From positions 1 to 25,127 of IMG/VR virus record IMGVR_UViG_3300048855_000184: a stretch of 25,127 nt of DNA; one strand, given 5' to 3'. The position numbers and the translations under genes are program-made. Under the pieces are notes generated by a model. The model had not been told where the DNA came from. It saw only the letters and a list, made by a program, of their open reading frames with translations, and searched no databases. Source of the stretch: a virus. Its lineage: Duplodnaviria; Caudoviricetes. Below are positions 15,567-23,570 of the stretch, piece after piece (the first letter of the stretch is position 1; the number at the start of each line of letters is the position of its first letter).

Positions 15567-16165
15567 GCTCGCTCCTGAATGCTGAACGACAGCGGCTCGG
15601 TCTTGGCCCGCACGAAGCTGGCGCCCTTGTCGAACCCGAGCAGCTTGCCCTCGATCATCGGCGCGTCGAACTCGCTCGCCTCGCCGTCGATCGTCAGGAA
15701 CCGGAGCATGGGCCAGATCGGCAGAGCGACCCGGCCGTTGGCCGGCACCAGCATCTGCCCGGGGCATGCGATCATGTGGACGTAGCGCTGCCCGAGGTGG
15801 ACGATGCTGAAGAAGTTGCCGCGGGCCAATGCCGCACCCGGCTGGAGGCAACGCAGCGAGAGCGTCATGCCGCCTTGATCGGTGCCGTCCACGACTGCGG
15901 CATAGCCAGGCGAGCGACCGCTACGGTTCGGCTGCACGATGCGCATGATCGCGCTGCTGTTGCTCGCTTCGAACAACGCTGCAGCCATCCGCCGACCTTC
16001 CGCGTCGTTGCGGAACTGCGTCGTTGCCACGTCGACTGCGAAGCGGTCGCCCAGCCGCGGGATCGGCAAATCCGGGCCACCAAGCGCACCCTCCTGCTCA
16101 CCGCTGAACAGGCGCGGCCGAAGGGCGAACGACTTGATGCGCAGGTGCGGGATCTCGATGGGCAT
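15563..16165 (-). CDS. Distal tail-like protein
   Basis: Immediately after the tape measure gene (TGATG coupling); RLGDRF, IWPMLR. Confidence 0.7.
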   Translation of the reverse strand: MPIEIPHLRIKSFALRPRLFSGEQEGALGGPDLPIPRLGDRFAVDVATTQFRNDAEGRRMAAALFEASNSSAIMRIVQPNRSGRSPGYAAVVDGTDQGGMTLSLRCLQPGAALARGNFFSIVHLGQRYVHMIACPGQMLVPANGRVALPIWPMLRFLTIDGEASEFDAPMIEGKLLGFDKGASFVRAKTEPLSFSIQERA

Positions 16166-19100
16166 CAGCGGTACCGCCCCAGCCGGCGGGCGCCAGCGGC
16201 CATATCGTTTGCCTCAGCCATCTGCGCGCCTCCTGCAGCTGCCGCTGTTGCGCCCTGCGCCACCAGCGGACCGCTGACCGAGGCAACACGTGCATCGAAG
16301 TAGGACGACGGGGTGAGTTCCAGCTTGAGCTTCATCTCGCCCCCCATCATCCCACCGCCGCCGAGCAGCCGCCGCGTCTCCCCGGCCGGTGTCACCTTGG
16401 AGCCCTGCGGCAGGTTGACGATCTCGGGCCCGTTCTCCGCCAGCCAAGTCGCCCCGCCTGACCACCACTCGGTGCCGGCCGCGTTGTTGCCGACGCCCTT
16501 GGAGCCGAACAGGTTGCCGATCTTGCCGACCAGCCCGCTCAGCGTCGGCAGGGCCTTGTCGCCATTGATCAGGTTCTTCAGCGGGTTGAGCAGCGCGAGC
16601 TTCACGAACTCACTTTTGAGCATGTTCAGGACCGTCTTGCCGGCGTTGCCCCAGCTCGACCAGGTATCCTCCGACAGCACCGTGTCGACAAAGTCGTTGC
16701 CGAAGTCGCGCAGCTCCTGGAAGCCGGCTGCGGCGAGCTTCGCCTTGACCGCGACGCCGTCGAGGTGCTCCTGGTTCTCCAGCAGCTTACGGCCTTCCTC
16801 GCTATCGGCAGTGATCCCCTCCCGCTTCATGCGCAGGATCAGGTCCAGCTTCGACACCGCGCGATCGCGCTCGTCGTTGCCAGCGGCAGCCAGCGATAGG
16901 TCGAGCTTCGCCATCTCAAGCGAATCCCGCTGATCGTCGGAGGTGCTGACGTAGAACTGCGCACGGCGGTAGCCCTCAGTGGCGCGGGCTTCGTTGACCC
17001 GGGCGTCCACGAACCCCGTCCTGTCCTCGCCGGTCAGCTTCTTTGCATCGGCATCGCGCTCAGCGGCACGGCGGGCAGCGTCGAGCGCGCGGGTCAGCGG
17101 ATCCTTGCCGAGGTCCCGAATGCTCTCGATCGTCTCGGCGAAGCGGTCCTTGGACGCCTTGGTCTCGACGGCCCCGCTGCTCCTGGCCTCCTCCTCGTGC
17201 GCGTCCGCGAGCGCCTTGCGATAGGCCTCGATCACCTTCGTCAGCTCGGTCAGCGCCTCGCCCTGGGCGACCGTCTGGAGCTTCAGCAGCGGGCGAAGCG
17301 CCGCCTCGTCGGACAGCGCCTGCGCCATGCCCTCCACCGGCAGCGTGCCAGCGAGGACCTGGGCGCGGACAGCCGCTCGCGCGGCCGTTTCCTCGCGGAG
17401 CTGGGTAACCGACTTGGCGCCGTTCGCCACTTGCTCGCCGACCATAACCTGCAGCTGGCGCTGCACCTGCGCATCGGTGTCGATCCCGCGGCGGGTCGCA
17501 TCGGTCAGGCCCTTGCGCGCGGCTTCCGCGCGAAGCGCGGCATCGCCGCCGACGAGATAGGCTCGCGCCAGATCCAGGGACGCCTGTGCGTTCACGTCCA
17601 TCGCCGCGGCCTGGCGGGCGAGCGACTGACCGTGCCGGTCGGTCTTCTCGCGGGCGGCGTTCACCGCCGCCTCCAGCGGGGCCAGCCGAGCCGTGTACTG
17701 GTCCCCGGTGATGATGCCCTTGTCGAGTTCGTCCTTCGCCTTCTCGCGGGCAATCGTGAGCTTTTCCTGCGCCTCCTGCAGCTTGCTCAGGTTCCCGGCC
17801 TGCAGACGAGCCTGAGCATCAAGAATGGCGGTGTTCGCCGGATCATTCCGACCGGCGCTGAAGTCACCGAACGCGATCGCCGCGTCGCCCGGGCGGCCGC
17901 CGCCACTCAGCAGCCGGGACTGCGCCTGAGCGCTTACGCCGGTGCGCGCGGTGTCCACCACGCTCTTGAGGAGTCCCTGCAGGTGTTCCACCTGCTTGTA
18001 GCCCGTCGTCCCGTATTTGAACTCGCGGGTCAGGTTCGCCAGTTCGGACGAGACCTGGGCGGCACTCTTCTCGCCCCGGGCAAACTGCTGCTGCAGCTGC
18101 GCCAGGCCGGGGATGGGAACGGCCGTGTTTACGAAGTCGGTCCGCGCATCGACATAGGCTTTGCGCGTGTCGTTCACGTCCTTGCGAGCGGCCAGGATGG
18201 CGTTCTGCAAAAGGGCCGCGTTCTGCTCTTTGATCCGACCTGTGGTCTTGTCGATGATGCCGGAAAGCGACTGCTGGCGCTTCGCCAGTTCATCAGCGGC
18301 GTTCCCCGCGTCGCTGGAACGACTGATCATCTGCCCGATGATCATCACGGCGCCGAGCAGTACAGCGCCCCAGGTGCCGGCCATGAACGAGATGAAGCGA
18401 TTTGCGCCGCCCGTCATTAGATCGAGCGCCTGCACAACCTGGCCGCCCTGCTGGGCAAAGATCACCATCAGGGGCGTGTTCAGCGCCCACTGCTGCGTGA
18501 TGTCTCCGATCTGATACGCGAGCTGCTGACCGCCCGCGCGAAGCTGCCCCGTCGACACGTTCGCGCGCATGTGCGCAGCCGTCGCATCGTCCAGCGCATC
18601 CTGCTCAAGCCGGAGCTTGGCGACATACTGGTCCAGCGAGATCGCGCCCTGGCTGATCAACTCGCGCGCGTTGGCCATCTCGGCGTCGAAGCGCATCTGG
18701 GCGGCGGCAGCGGGGTCGATGGCCGCGATCAGCGCGCGGGTGCGCGCCTCCAGCCTCTCTTCTTCCGCGAGCAGCTCGCCCATCGCCAGCGCGGAACGCT
18801 TTGCGGAGCCTTCCCACTGGCCGAAGCCGGTGCCTGCGGCCGCCTCTACGCGGGCCTGCATCGCCGTCAGTTCGGCCGTCTCAGCGGTCACCGTGCGGGT
18901 GATGCCGGCAACCTTGTCCAGAACCGCCGCCGCCTGAGCCTCCGCGGCGAGGAACTGGTCAAGGCTGATCCGGCCGGCGTCGAACAAGCCGGCAGCATCG
19001 CGCATCTCGGCGTTGTACCGCTGCTGCGCCGCGAATGCCGGATCGATCGCGCTCACCAGCGCGCGGGTGCGGGCGTCCAGCTGCTCTTCGGCGGCGATCA

Positions 19101-19392
19101 GGTCCTTGAATGCCGCGGCGGACTGCCGGGCCGAGCCCTCCCACTGGCCGAAGCCCGTGCCGTTCGCGTCTGCAATCCGCATCTGCACGGGCGACTGGGG
19201 CGCGATGGCAGCGATCTTTGCGGCAGCGCTAGCCTGGCGCTGAATTGCCGCCTCTACATCCTCCCCGGCACGCTCGTAGGCCTTGCTCCAGCGCTTCGCC
19301 GACGCGTCACCAGACGCGGCGATCTCGTCAAAGGTGCGGGTGACATCGGCCTTGCCGGTCGTGCCCATGCGGATCGAGACGGACTTTTCCAC
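16165..19392 (-). CDS. Tape measure protein
   Basis: 1075 aa, Ala-rich helical; QLAYQIGDI...FAQQGGQ; C-terminal AENGPEIVNLPQGSKVTP. Confidence 0.93.
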   Translation of the reverse strand: MEKSVSIRMGTTGKADVTRTFDEIAASGDASAKRWSKAYERAGEDVEAAIQRQASAAAKIAAIAPQSPVQMRIADANGTGFGQWEGSARQSAAAFKDLIAAEEQLDARTRALVSAIDPAFAAQQRYNAEMRDAAGLFDAGRISLDQFLAAEAQAAAVLDKVAGITRTVTAETAELTAMQARVEAAAGTGFGQWEGSAKRSALAMGELLAEEERLEARTRALIAAIDPAAAAQMRFDAEMANARELISQGAISLDQYVAKLRLEQDALDDATAAHMRANVSTGQLRAGGQQLAYQIGDITQQWALNTPLMVIFAQQGGQVVQALDLMTGGANRFISFMAGTWGAVLLGAVMIIGQMISRSSDAGNAADELAKRQQSLSGIIDKTTGRIKEQNAALLQNAILAARKDVNDTRKAYVDARTDFVNTAVPIPGLAQLQQQFARGEKSAAQVSSELANLTREFKYGTTGYKQVEHLQGLLKSVVDTARTGVSAQAQSRLLSGGGRPGDAAIAFGDFSAGRNDPANTAILDAQARLQAGNLSKLQEAQEKLTIAREKAKDELDKGIITGDQYTARLAPLEAAVNAAREKTDRHGQSLARQAAAMDVNAQASLDLARAYLVGGDAALRAEAARKGLTDATRRGIDTDAQVQRQLQVMVGEQVANGAKSVTQLREETAARAAVRAQVLAGTLPVEGMAQALSDEAALRPLLKLQTVAQGEALTELTKVIEAYRKALADAHEEEARSSGAVETKASKDRFAETIESIRDLGKDPLTRALDAARRAAERDADAKKLTGEDRTGFVDARVNEARATEGYRRAQFYVSTSDDQRDSLEMAKLDLSLAAAGNDERDRAVSKLDLILRMKREGITADSEEGRKLLENQEHLDGVAVKAKLAAAGFQELRDFGNDFVDTVLSEDTWSSWGNAGKTVLNMLKSEFVKLALLNPLKNLINGDKALPTLSGLVGKIGNLFGSKGVGNNAAGTEWWSGGATWLAENGPEIVNLPQGSKVTPAGETRRLLGGGGMMGGEMKLKLELTPSSYFDARVASVSGPLVAQGATAAAAGGAQMAEANDMAAGARRLGRYR

Positions 19393-19401
19393 AGGCCCTC
19401 C

Positions 19402-19746
19402 TCAATCCTCGCCGTCTTCACCGGCGAACTGCGCGACGATCGCCGCTTCCGCTGACGGCAGCACGTCCGCCAGCATCTCCATGTCGGCGCCCAGCGCGGC
19501 GCCGATCGCCATCACTGCGGCGTAGTCGAGGGCGAATGGCTTACCCGTCATCCCCGCGACCCGCAGCTGCCGGTCACAGGAGGTCAGGACCTCCCAGACA
19601 CCTTCCGCTTCCGCGGTGTCCGGCTCTTCGATCCGGTACGGGCACTGCTCGCACCGGCGCCCTTCGCCCCCCTGGCAGGTGAGCTGGCAATACCGTTCCC
19701 CGGCGTCGCCGCCTCCCCAGTGCCATTCTGAGAGGCGGCGGAGACG
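19402..19746 (-). CDS. Tail assembly chaperone GT-like extension (-1 frame; not in the ORF track)
   Basis: Open frame RLRRLSEWHWGGG...YCQLTC...CEQCPY...FALDYAAV...EDGED* after the slippery site; TGA at 19402-19404 abuts the TMP SD. Confidence 0.8.
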   Translation of the reverse strand, partial: RLRRLSEWHWGGGDAGERYCQLTCQGGEGRRCEQCPYRIEEPDTAEAEGVWEVLTSCDRQLRVAGMTGKPFALDYAAVMAIGAALGADMEMLADVLPSAEAAIVAQFAGEDGED

Positions 19747-20150
19747 TTTTTTGTCCGCTCCCGCAGCACGAATGGCATGACGTAGGCGGCGTCGAACGCC
19801 TCGAAGGTGAGCGGGTCAGAGAGCGCGTGCTCCAGGTTCTCGCGGCTGAACGGCAGCGGCTCGCCCTGCCCGGTATCCTCGGGCCCTGCCATCAGGCAGA
19901 CATCCTTCCAGTCGCGCGCGCCGGCCAGGATCAGGGCCACGCTCAGTGCGTCACCCAGCTCCTCAAGCTGCTCGGCTGCTGGTGCGTCAGCGGCCTCTTC
20001 GCCTTCGTCGGCATCTTCGCCGCGGATGGACTTGACCGCAGCACGACGCGCGGCGCGCATCATCTTGCGGTCGATGGGCGCAAACAGCACCTGGGCGCCC
20101 ATCACGGGCAGCCAGGCGGGGCCGTTGGCCTTCTTGCTGACGACGAGCAT
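19584..20150 (-). CDS. Tail assembly chaperone G-like
   Basis: TGATG coupling at 20150; between tail tube and TMP; contains A-AAA-AAC. Confidence 0.8.
   Translation of the reverse strand: MLVVSKKANGPAWLPVMGAQVLFAPIDRKMMRAARRAAVKSIRGEDADEGEEAADAPAAEQLEELGDALSVALILAGARDWKDVCLMAGPEDTGQGEPLPFSRENLEHALSDPLTFEAFDAAYVMPFVLRERTKNVSAASQNGTGEAATPGNGIASSPARGAKGAGASSARTGSKSRTPRKRKVSGRS
19746..19752 (-). promoter_or_regulatory. -1 programmed frameshift slippery heptamer A AAA AAC
   Basis: X XXY YYZ in correct phase (ACA AAA AAC) linking the two chaperone frames. Confidence 0.8.
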
Positions 20151-20428
20151 CAGGCGGCGTCCCCGATCCATTCGAGGCGGACCTTGCGCTCCTCCTCGAT
20201 GACCTTCAGGTCGCTGCCTTCGCGGACGAAGTTGCCCTGCTCGACGGCGTAGCGGCGGATGAAACCCTTGTCCGTGTCGACCTCCAGCACATGGTCGATC
20301 CGCTTGCCGGTTTCCGCGTCGACGACGCGGAGCTTGGCGAATTCGGGTGGCACGCCGACGGCGACGTGGGTCGGCAGCGGCACGGTCTTCTCGGTCGCCG
20401 CAGGCGCGGCGGTTTCTTCCTTCTTCAC
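20150..20428 (-). CDS. Hypothetical phage protein (92 aa)
   Basis: GGAG SD then GTG 20428; VKKEETAAP...LEWIGDAA, the 3' part of track ORF 20150..21148. Confidence 0.75.
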   Translation of the reverse strand: MKKEETAAPAATEKTVPLPTHVAVGVPPEFAKLRVVDAETGKRIDHVLEVDTDKGFIRRYAVEQGNFVREGSDLKVIEEERKVRLEWIGDAA

Positions 20429-20448
20429 GGGCGTTCTCCGCTGGAGGA

Positions 20449-21405
20449 TCAGTAGCTGGCGACGTCGTTGGTCAGCACGGCGGTGAGCGTGTGACCACCG
20501 GCACCCGACGCCTGCCAGTTGGACGTTGCCTGGATGCCGCCGGGCCCGCTGATCGGCCGCTTCACGCGCGGCAGGAACACGCGCGGGACGGTGAAGATCA
20601 GGCTGGCGTCGCCCCGCTTCCAGCCGAACTCGAGGTCGATCGGCGTGCCGTCGACCGAGGCGTCGTAGAGGTCGAGGCGATCGAACCGCATCGTCAGTTC
20701 GCCGGTCATCATCGCCTTGAGCGGATCCGCGCCGTCGATCCGGCCGTCCTCGCGGATCGCCTCCACCTTCTCGAAGTTGTTGGAATAGGTGAAGCCGGCG
20801 GCGGTGACGCTGCCCAGGACCTCGCCGCCCCGCTTGATGGAGCCGGTCGCCTGCTGGAAGCGATCGCCATGGAACAGGTCGGGCGTGCCGGCGACGCTCA
20901 GCGCCTGCTTGCGGGTCTCGCCCTGCGCGATCACGCCGATGGTGGCGTTCAGCATGCCGGACCGCGCCATCGACACCCGCAGCTGGTTGGCGAGCGCACC
21001 GAAGTTGACCGAGTAGCTGGGGATCTCCGGGTTGCCGAGCTCGATGGACGCCGACGGCAGGTCCGTCTGTCCAGAGACGAAGGTGTGGGCATAGCCGCCG
21101 CCTTCGACGCCCGCCGTGGTCGCACCACCCAGCAGCAGTTTGAGCCACCAGCCGAACGCGCGGGTGTCCATCGGCACCACGACATCGCCGTCATTGGTCG
21201 CGACGTCGTATTCCGGGTCGAGCCCCTCACGGCCGAAGCCGAGCTGGTCGTCCTCGATCAGCGGTCGCTCCTCGCCGAGCGCGTTGCTGACGAACGGCAG
21301 GCGCTTGAAGCCGGTCGTGGGCGTCTGCCCGTAGCTGGTCTCGAACACGGCCGACTGCACGGCGTTGATGCCGAGCGCGCGCCGGCGGGTAGGCTGTACG
21401 GCCAT
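20449..21405 (-). CDS. Major tail tube protein
   Basis: FETSYGQTP, DDQLGFGRE, YAHTFVSG, PISGPGGIQA, LTNDVASY; AAGGA SD. Confidence 0.88.
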   Translation of the reverse strand: MAVQPTRRRALGINAVQSAVFETSYGQTPTTGFKRLPFVSNALGEERPLIEDDQLGFGREGLDPEYDVATNDGDVVVPMDTRAFGWWLKLLLGGATTAGVEGGGYAHTFVSGQTDLPSASIELGNPEIPSYSVNFGALANQLRVSMARSGMLNATIGVIAQGETRKQALSVAGTPDLFHGDRFQQATGSIKRGGEVLGSVTAAGFTYSNNFEKVEAIREDGRIDGADPLKAMMTGELTMRFDRLDLYDASVDGTPIDLEFGWKRGDASLIFTVPRVFLPRVKRPISGPGGIQATSNWQASGAGGHTLTAVLTNDVASY

Positions 21406-21422
21406 GGTGGGTTCCTTCGGGC

Positions 21423-21863
21423 TCAGTTGAGGGGGGAAGTGGTCGAGTAGGAAGCGACCAGGTCGAAGTCGCCGCCGCGGGCTGGGTTCGCGCCCTCGAC
21501 GTAGATGTCATCCGTGTTGGGGCCGGTCGGCTCCAGCCAGTCGCAAAGGCCACCGAGCGTGCGGTCCGCTTCGACCGCCGCGCCGATCTTGCCCATCATC
21601 TCGTCGATGACTTCTTCGCCGGTTCGGACGGTAGTCTGGTAGCCGTCCACCTCGATCGGGATGCGGTGCTCGTAATGGTAGACGGGCGGGCAGAGATCGA
21701 CCTCGGGCTCACCCGGCTCGCCGCTGCGCACGACAACGCGGCCGTTGGGCGGCACCCGCGTGGGCGCTGCGTCCTTGCCGTCCATCCCTAGCACCTGCGC
21801 ACCAGGAAGGGCCGCCTGCACCAGCGCCTTCACGGCGGCGAGAACGTAGAGGCGCTTGCTCAC
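21423..21863 (-). CDS. Tail terminator-like protein
   Basis: 146 aa, acidic, ADRTLGGLCDW, just upstream of the tube gene. Confidence 0.7.
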   Translation of the reverse strand: MSKRLYVLAAVKALVQAALPGAQVLGMDGKDAAPTRVPPNGRVVVRSGEPGEPEVDLCPPVYHYEHRIPIEVDGYQTTVRTGEEVIDEMMGKIGAAVEADRTLGGLCDWLEPTGPNTDDIYVEGANPARGGDFDLVASYSTTSPLN

Positions 21864-22510
21864 CAGTTCTTCTCCAGGCCACGGGCGAAGGCGGCGATGT
21901 AGGCTGCGCTCCAGCGCGCGGCGGGGCCGTCCAGGTCGAGCAGCTTGGGCATGCGCGCCACGGGAACGAGGGTGAACATCAGCACGCGCTTGAGCACCCG
22001 TCCCTGCGCCAGGCGGCGCTTCGTACCCTGACGAATGCCGCGGCCGCGCCTCGCGCCGACCGCGTTGATGAACGCCAGCACGCGGCCGTTCTTGCCGCGC
22101 TGGTAAAACAGGTCCTGGTTGAAGCTGTGCTCGACCTGCGCCGGCGTCATGCGGCGGGAGGATCCGCGCCGGCCGAGCGCCCGGGGCACATTGTCGGTCG
22201 GGATGGCGAGAAACCGCGTGCCGTTGACCGGCACGATGGCGGCGCCTCGCACAAAGCTGGCGATGATGTCAGGCGCGCGGCTGTAGATGTAGCCGGGCGG
22301 GTTCATGCCGTTTCGCGACTTCGGATACACGTTGCCGCGCCACGTGTTGGCCAGGCGCTGGCCTAGACCGGCCGATGTCACCTGCCCGCGCAGCTCGCGC
22401 AGAGCGTCGCCAGTGGTGGCGCGCATCGCGACGGTGGCCGCGCGCGCGACGCTGCCTTCGGCTTCCCGCATCACCTTGGCGAAGTCGGGGACCTCGACTT
22501 CGAATTTCAT
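21860..22510 (-). CDS. Tail completion protein (DUF6441-like)
   Basis: Basic; GLGQRLANTWR, FLAIPT; synteny. Confidence 0.7.
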   Translation of the reverse strand: MKFEVEVPDFAKVMREAEGSVARAATVAMRATTGDALRELRGQVTSAGLGQRLANTWRGNVYPKSRNGMNPPGYIYSRAPDIIASFVRGAAIVPVNGTRFLAIPTDNVPRALGRRGSSRRMTPAQVEHSFNQDLFYQRGKNGRVLAFINAVGARRGRGIRQGTKRRLAQGRVLKRVLMFTLVPVARMPKLLDLDGPAARWSAAYIAAFARGLEKNW

Positions 22511-22845
22511 GCTTCCGGCGCCTCACAGGCCCACGTCATGCCCTCAACGTCGAGCGCCGGGTCCCCGGTGATGATACACACGGTCTCGACCTCCGCCCGG
22601 CTGGCAGGGTCGATCTCCCGGATCAGGAAGCGATCGCCTGCGGCTGGCGTCGGCACCTCGGAGCGCCGTACATCGATCGTGCAGGTGTCCTGCCGAATCC
22701 GGCTGCCGCCGTAATTGGCATCGGCGGTCGGGCGGGACCGGATGATCCGCACACCCTCCTGCACGCCGCTTTCGGAGACATAGTCCGCCGCCTCGGAGCC
22801 CGGCCCGTGGAATAGGGCGTCGAGCGCCGAGGCGAACGGATCCAT
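22507..22845 (-). CDS. Head-tail joining/head closure protein
   Basis: IDVRRSEVPTPAAGDRF; synteny. Confidence 0.75.
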   Translation of the reverse strand: MDPFASALDALFHGPGSEAADYVSESGVQEGVRIIRSRPTADANYGGSRIRQDTCTIDVRRSEVPTPAAGDRFLIREIDPASRAEVETVCIITGDPALDVEGMTWACEAPEA

Positions 22846-22848
22846 GGC

Positions 22849-23190
22849 TCAGGCGGCGATCTGGCCGGTGAGCAGCACGCGGCCGACGGTGTCGGCGGAG
22901 GCCTGCGACTGACGAGCGACACCGATCAGCGTGTTGCCGGTTGCGGTCGCGGTCACGCGCTTGGCGGTGTTGTCCCAGTAGAGCTTGGTGGTGTCGGCCA
23001 CCCAAGCTTCGCCGGGAGCCTTGGCGAGGTCCCAGACACCGGTCCGCTTCGCCTCGACAGGCGCCGACTGTGCGGCGTTGGCGAGGGCGACGGCGAACAC
23101 GACGCCGACGAGCATGCCCGCACCGCTGGTAACGGCGGAGGGGGCAATCATGGTGATCGTGTCACCGGGCTGGACGAAATTGCGTGCCAT
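22849..23190 (-). CDS. DUF2190-family capsid decoration/cement protein
   Basis: MARNFVQPGDTI, GVWDLAK, LYWDNTAKRVT, GNTLIG. Confidence 0.85.
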   Translation of the reverse strand: MARNFVQPGDTITMIAPSAVTSGAGMLVGVVFAVALANAAQSAPVEAKRTGVWDLAKAPGEAWVADTTKLYWDNTAKRVTATATGNTLIGVARQSQASADTVGRVLLTGQIAA

Positions 23191-23196
23191 GTCGGC

Positions 23197-23502
23197 TCAC
23201 TCCTTGCTCGCCGAGGCCCGGGCAGGCTTCGGCTTCGGGGCGTCGTTGGTCGCCTGCGGAGCGACTTCGGACTGGTGGGGTTCGGAGGAAGGCGCGGTCG
23301 CTGCGGCACCACCGGTGGCCGCGATCGCGTCAACGCCCGTCTCCTTGTTCTGCTTGGCGGTGAAGTCGTCGGTGACGTCCTCCGCCGCCTTGTCAGCGAG
23401 CAGGCGCTCAGCCTGATCGTCCTCGACGTGCAGCACGCCCTCGTGCGGGTGCCGCAGCACGCCCGCGACGTGCGCCGCGATCAGCAGCTTCACGAACTTC
23501 AT
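23197..23502 (-). CDS. Hypothetical head-associated protein
   Basis: AGGAG SD; 101 aa with low-complexity tail, after the capsid gene. Confidence 0.75.
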   Translation of the reverse strand: MKFVKLLIAAHVAGVLRHPHEGVLHVEDDQAERLLADKAAEDVTDDFTAKQNKETGVDAIAATGGAAATAPSSEPHQSEVAPQATNDAPKPKPARASASKE

Positions 23503-23517
23503 GGGCAGTCTCCTGAA

Positions 23518-23549
23518 GCGGTCAGGGCGGCCGAAGCCGGCCCTGCCGC
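23518..23549 (-). terminator. GC-rich hairpin with C-UUCG-G loop after the capsid gene
   Basis: cagggccggcTTCGgccgccctg on the minus strand; no strong U-tract, so may be a stabiliser or attenuator. Confidence 0.45.
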
Positions 23550-23570
23550 GGGTTCACGGGTGTGCTCGGC

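Noticed and set aside
15567-15851. N-terminal extension of track ORF 14922..15851
   Set aside because: Overlaps the upstream gene; SD and ATGA coupling place the start at 15566
17197-19455. Long plus-strand ORFs (407 and 294 aa)
   Set aside because: Antisense shadows of the tape measure gene caused by high GC3
20429-21148. Long 5' part of track ORF 20150..21148
   Set aside because: Alternative frame over the tail tube gene; the real gene starts at GTG 20428
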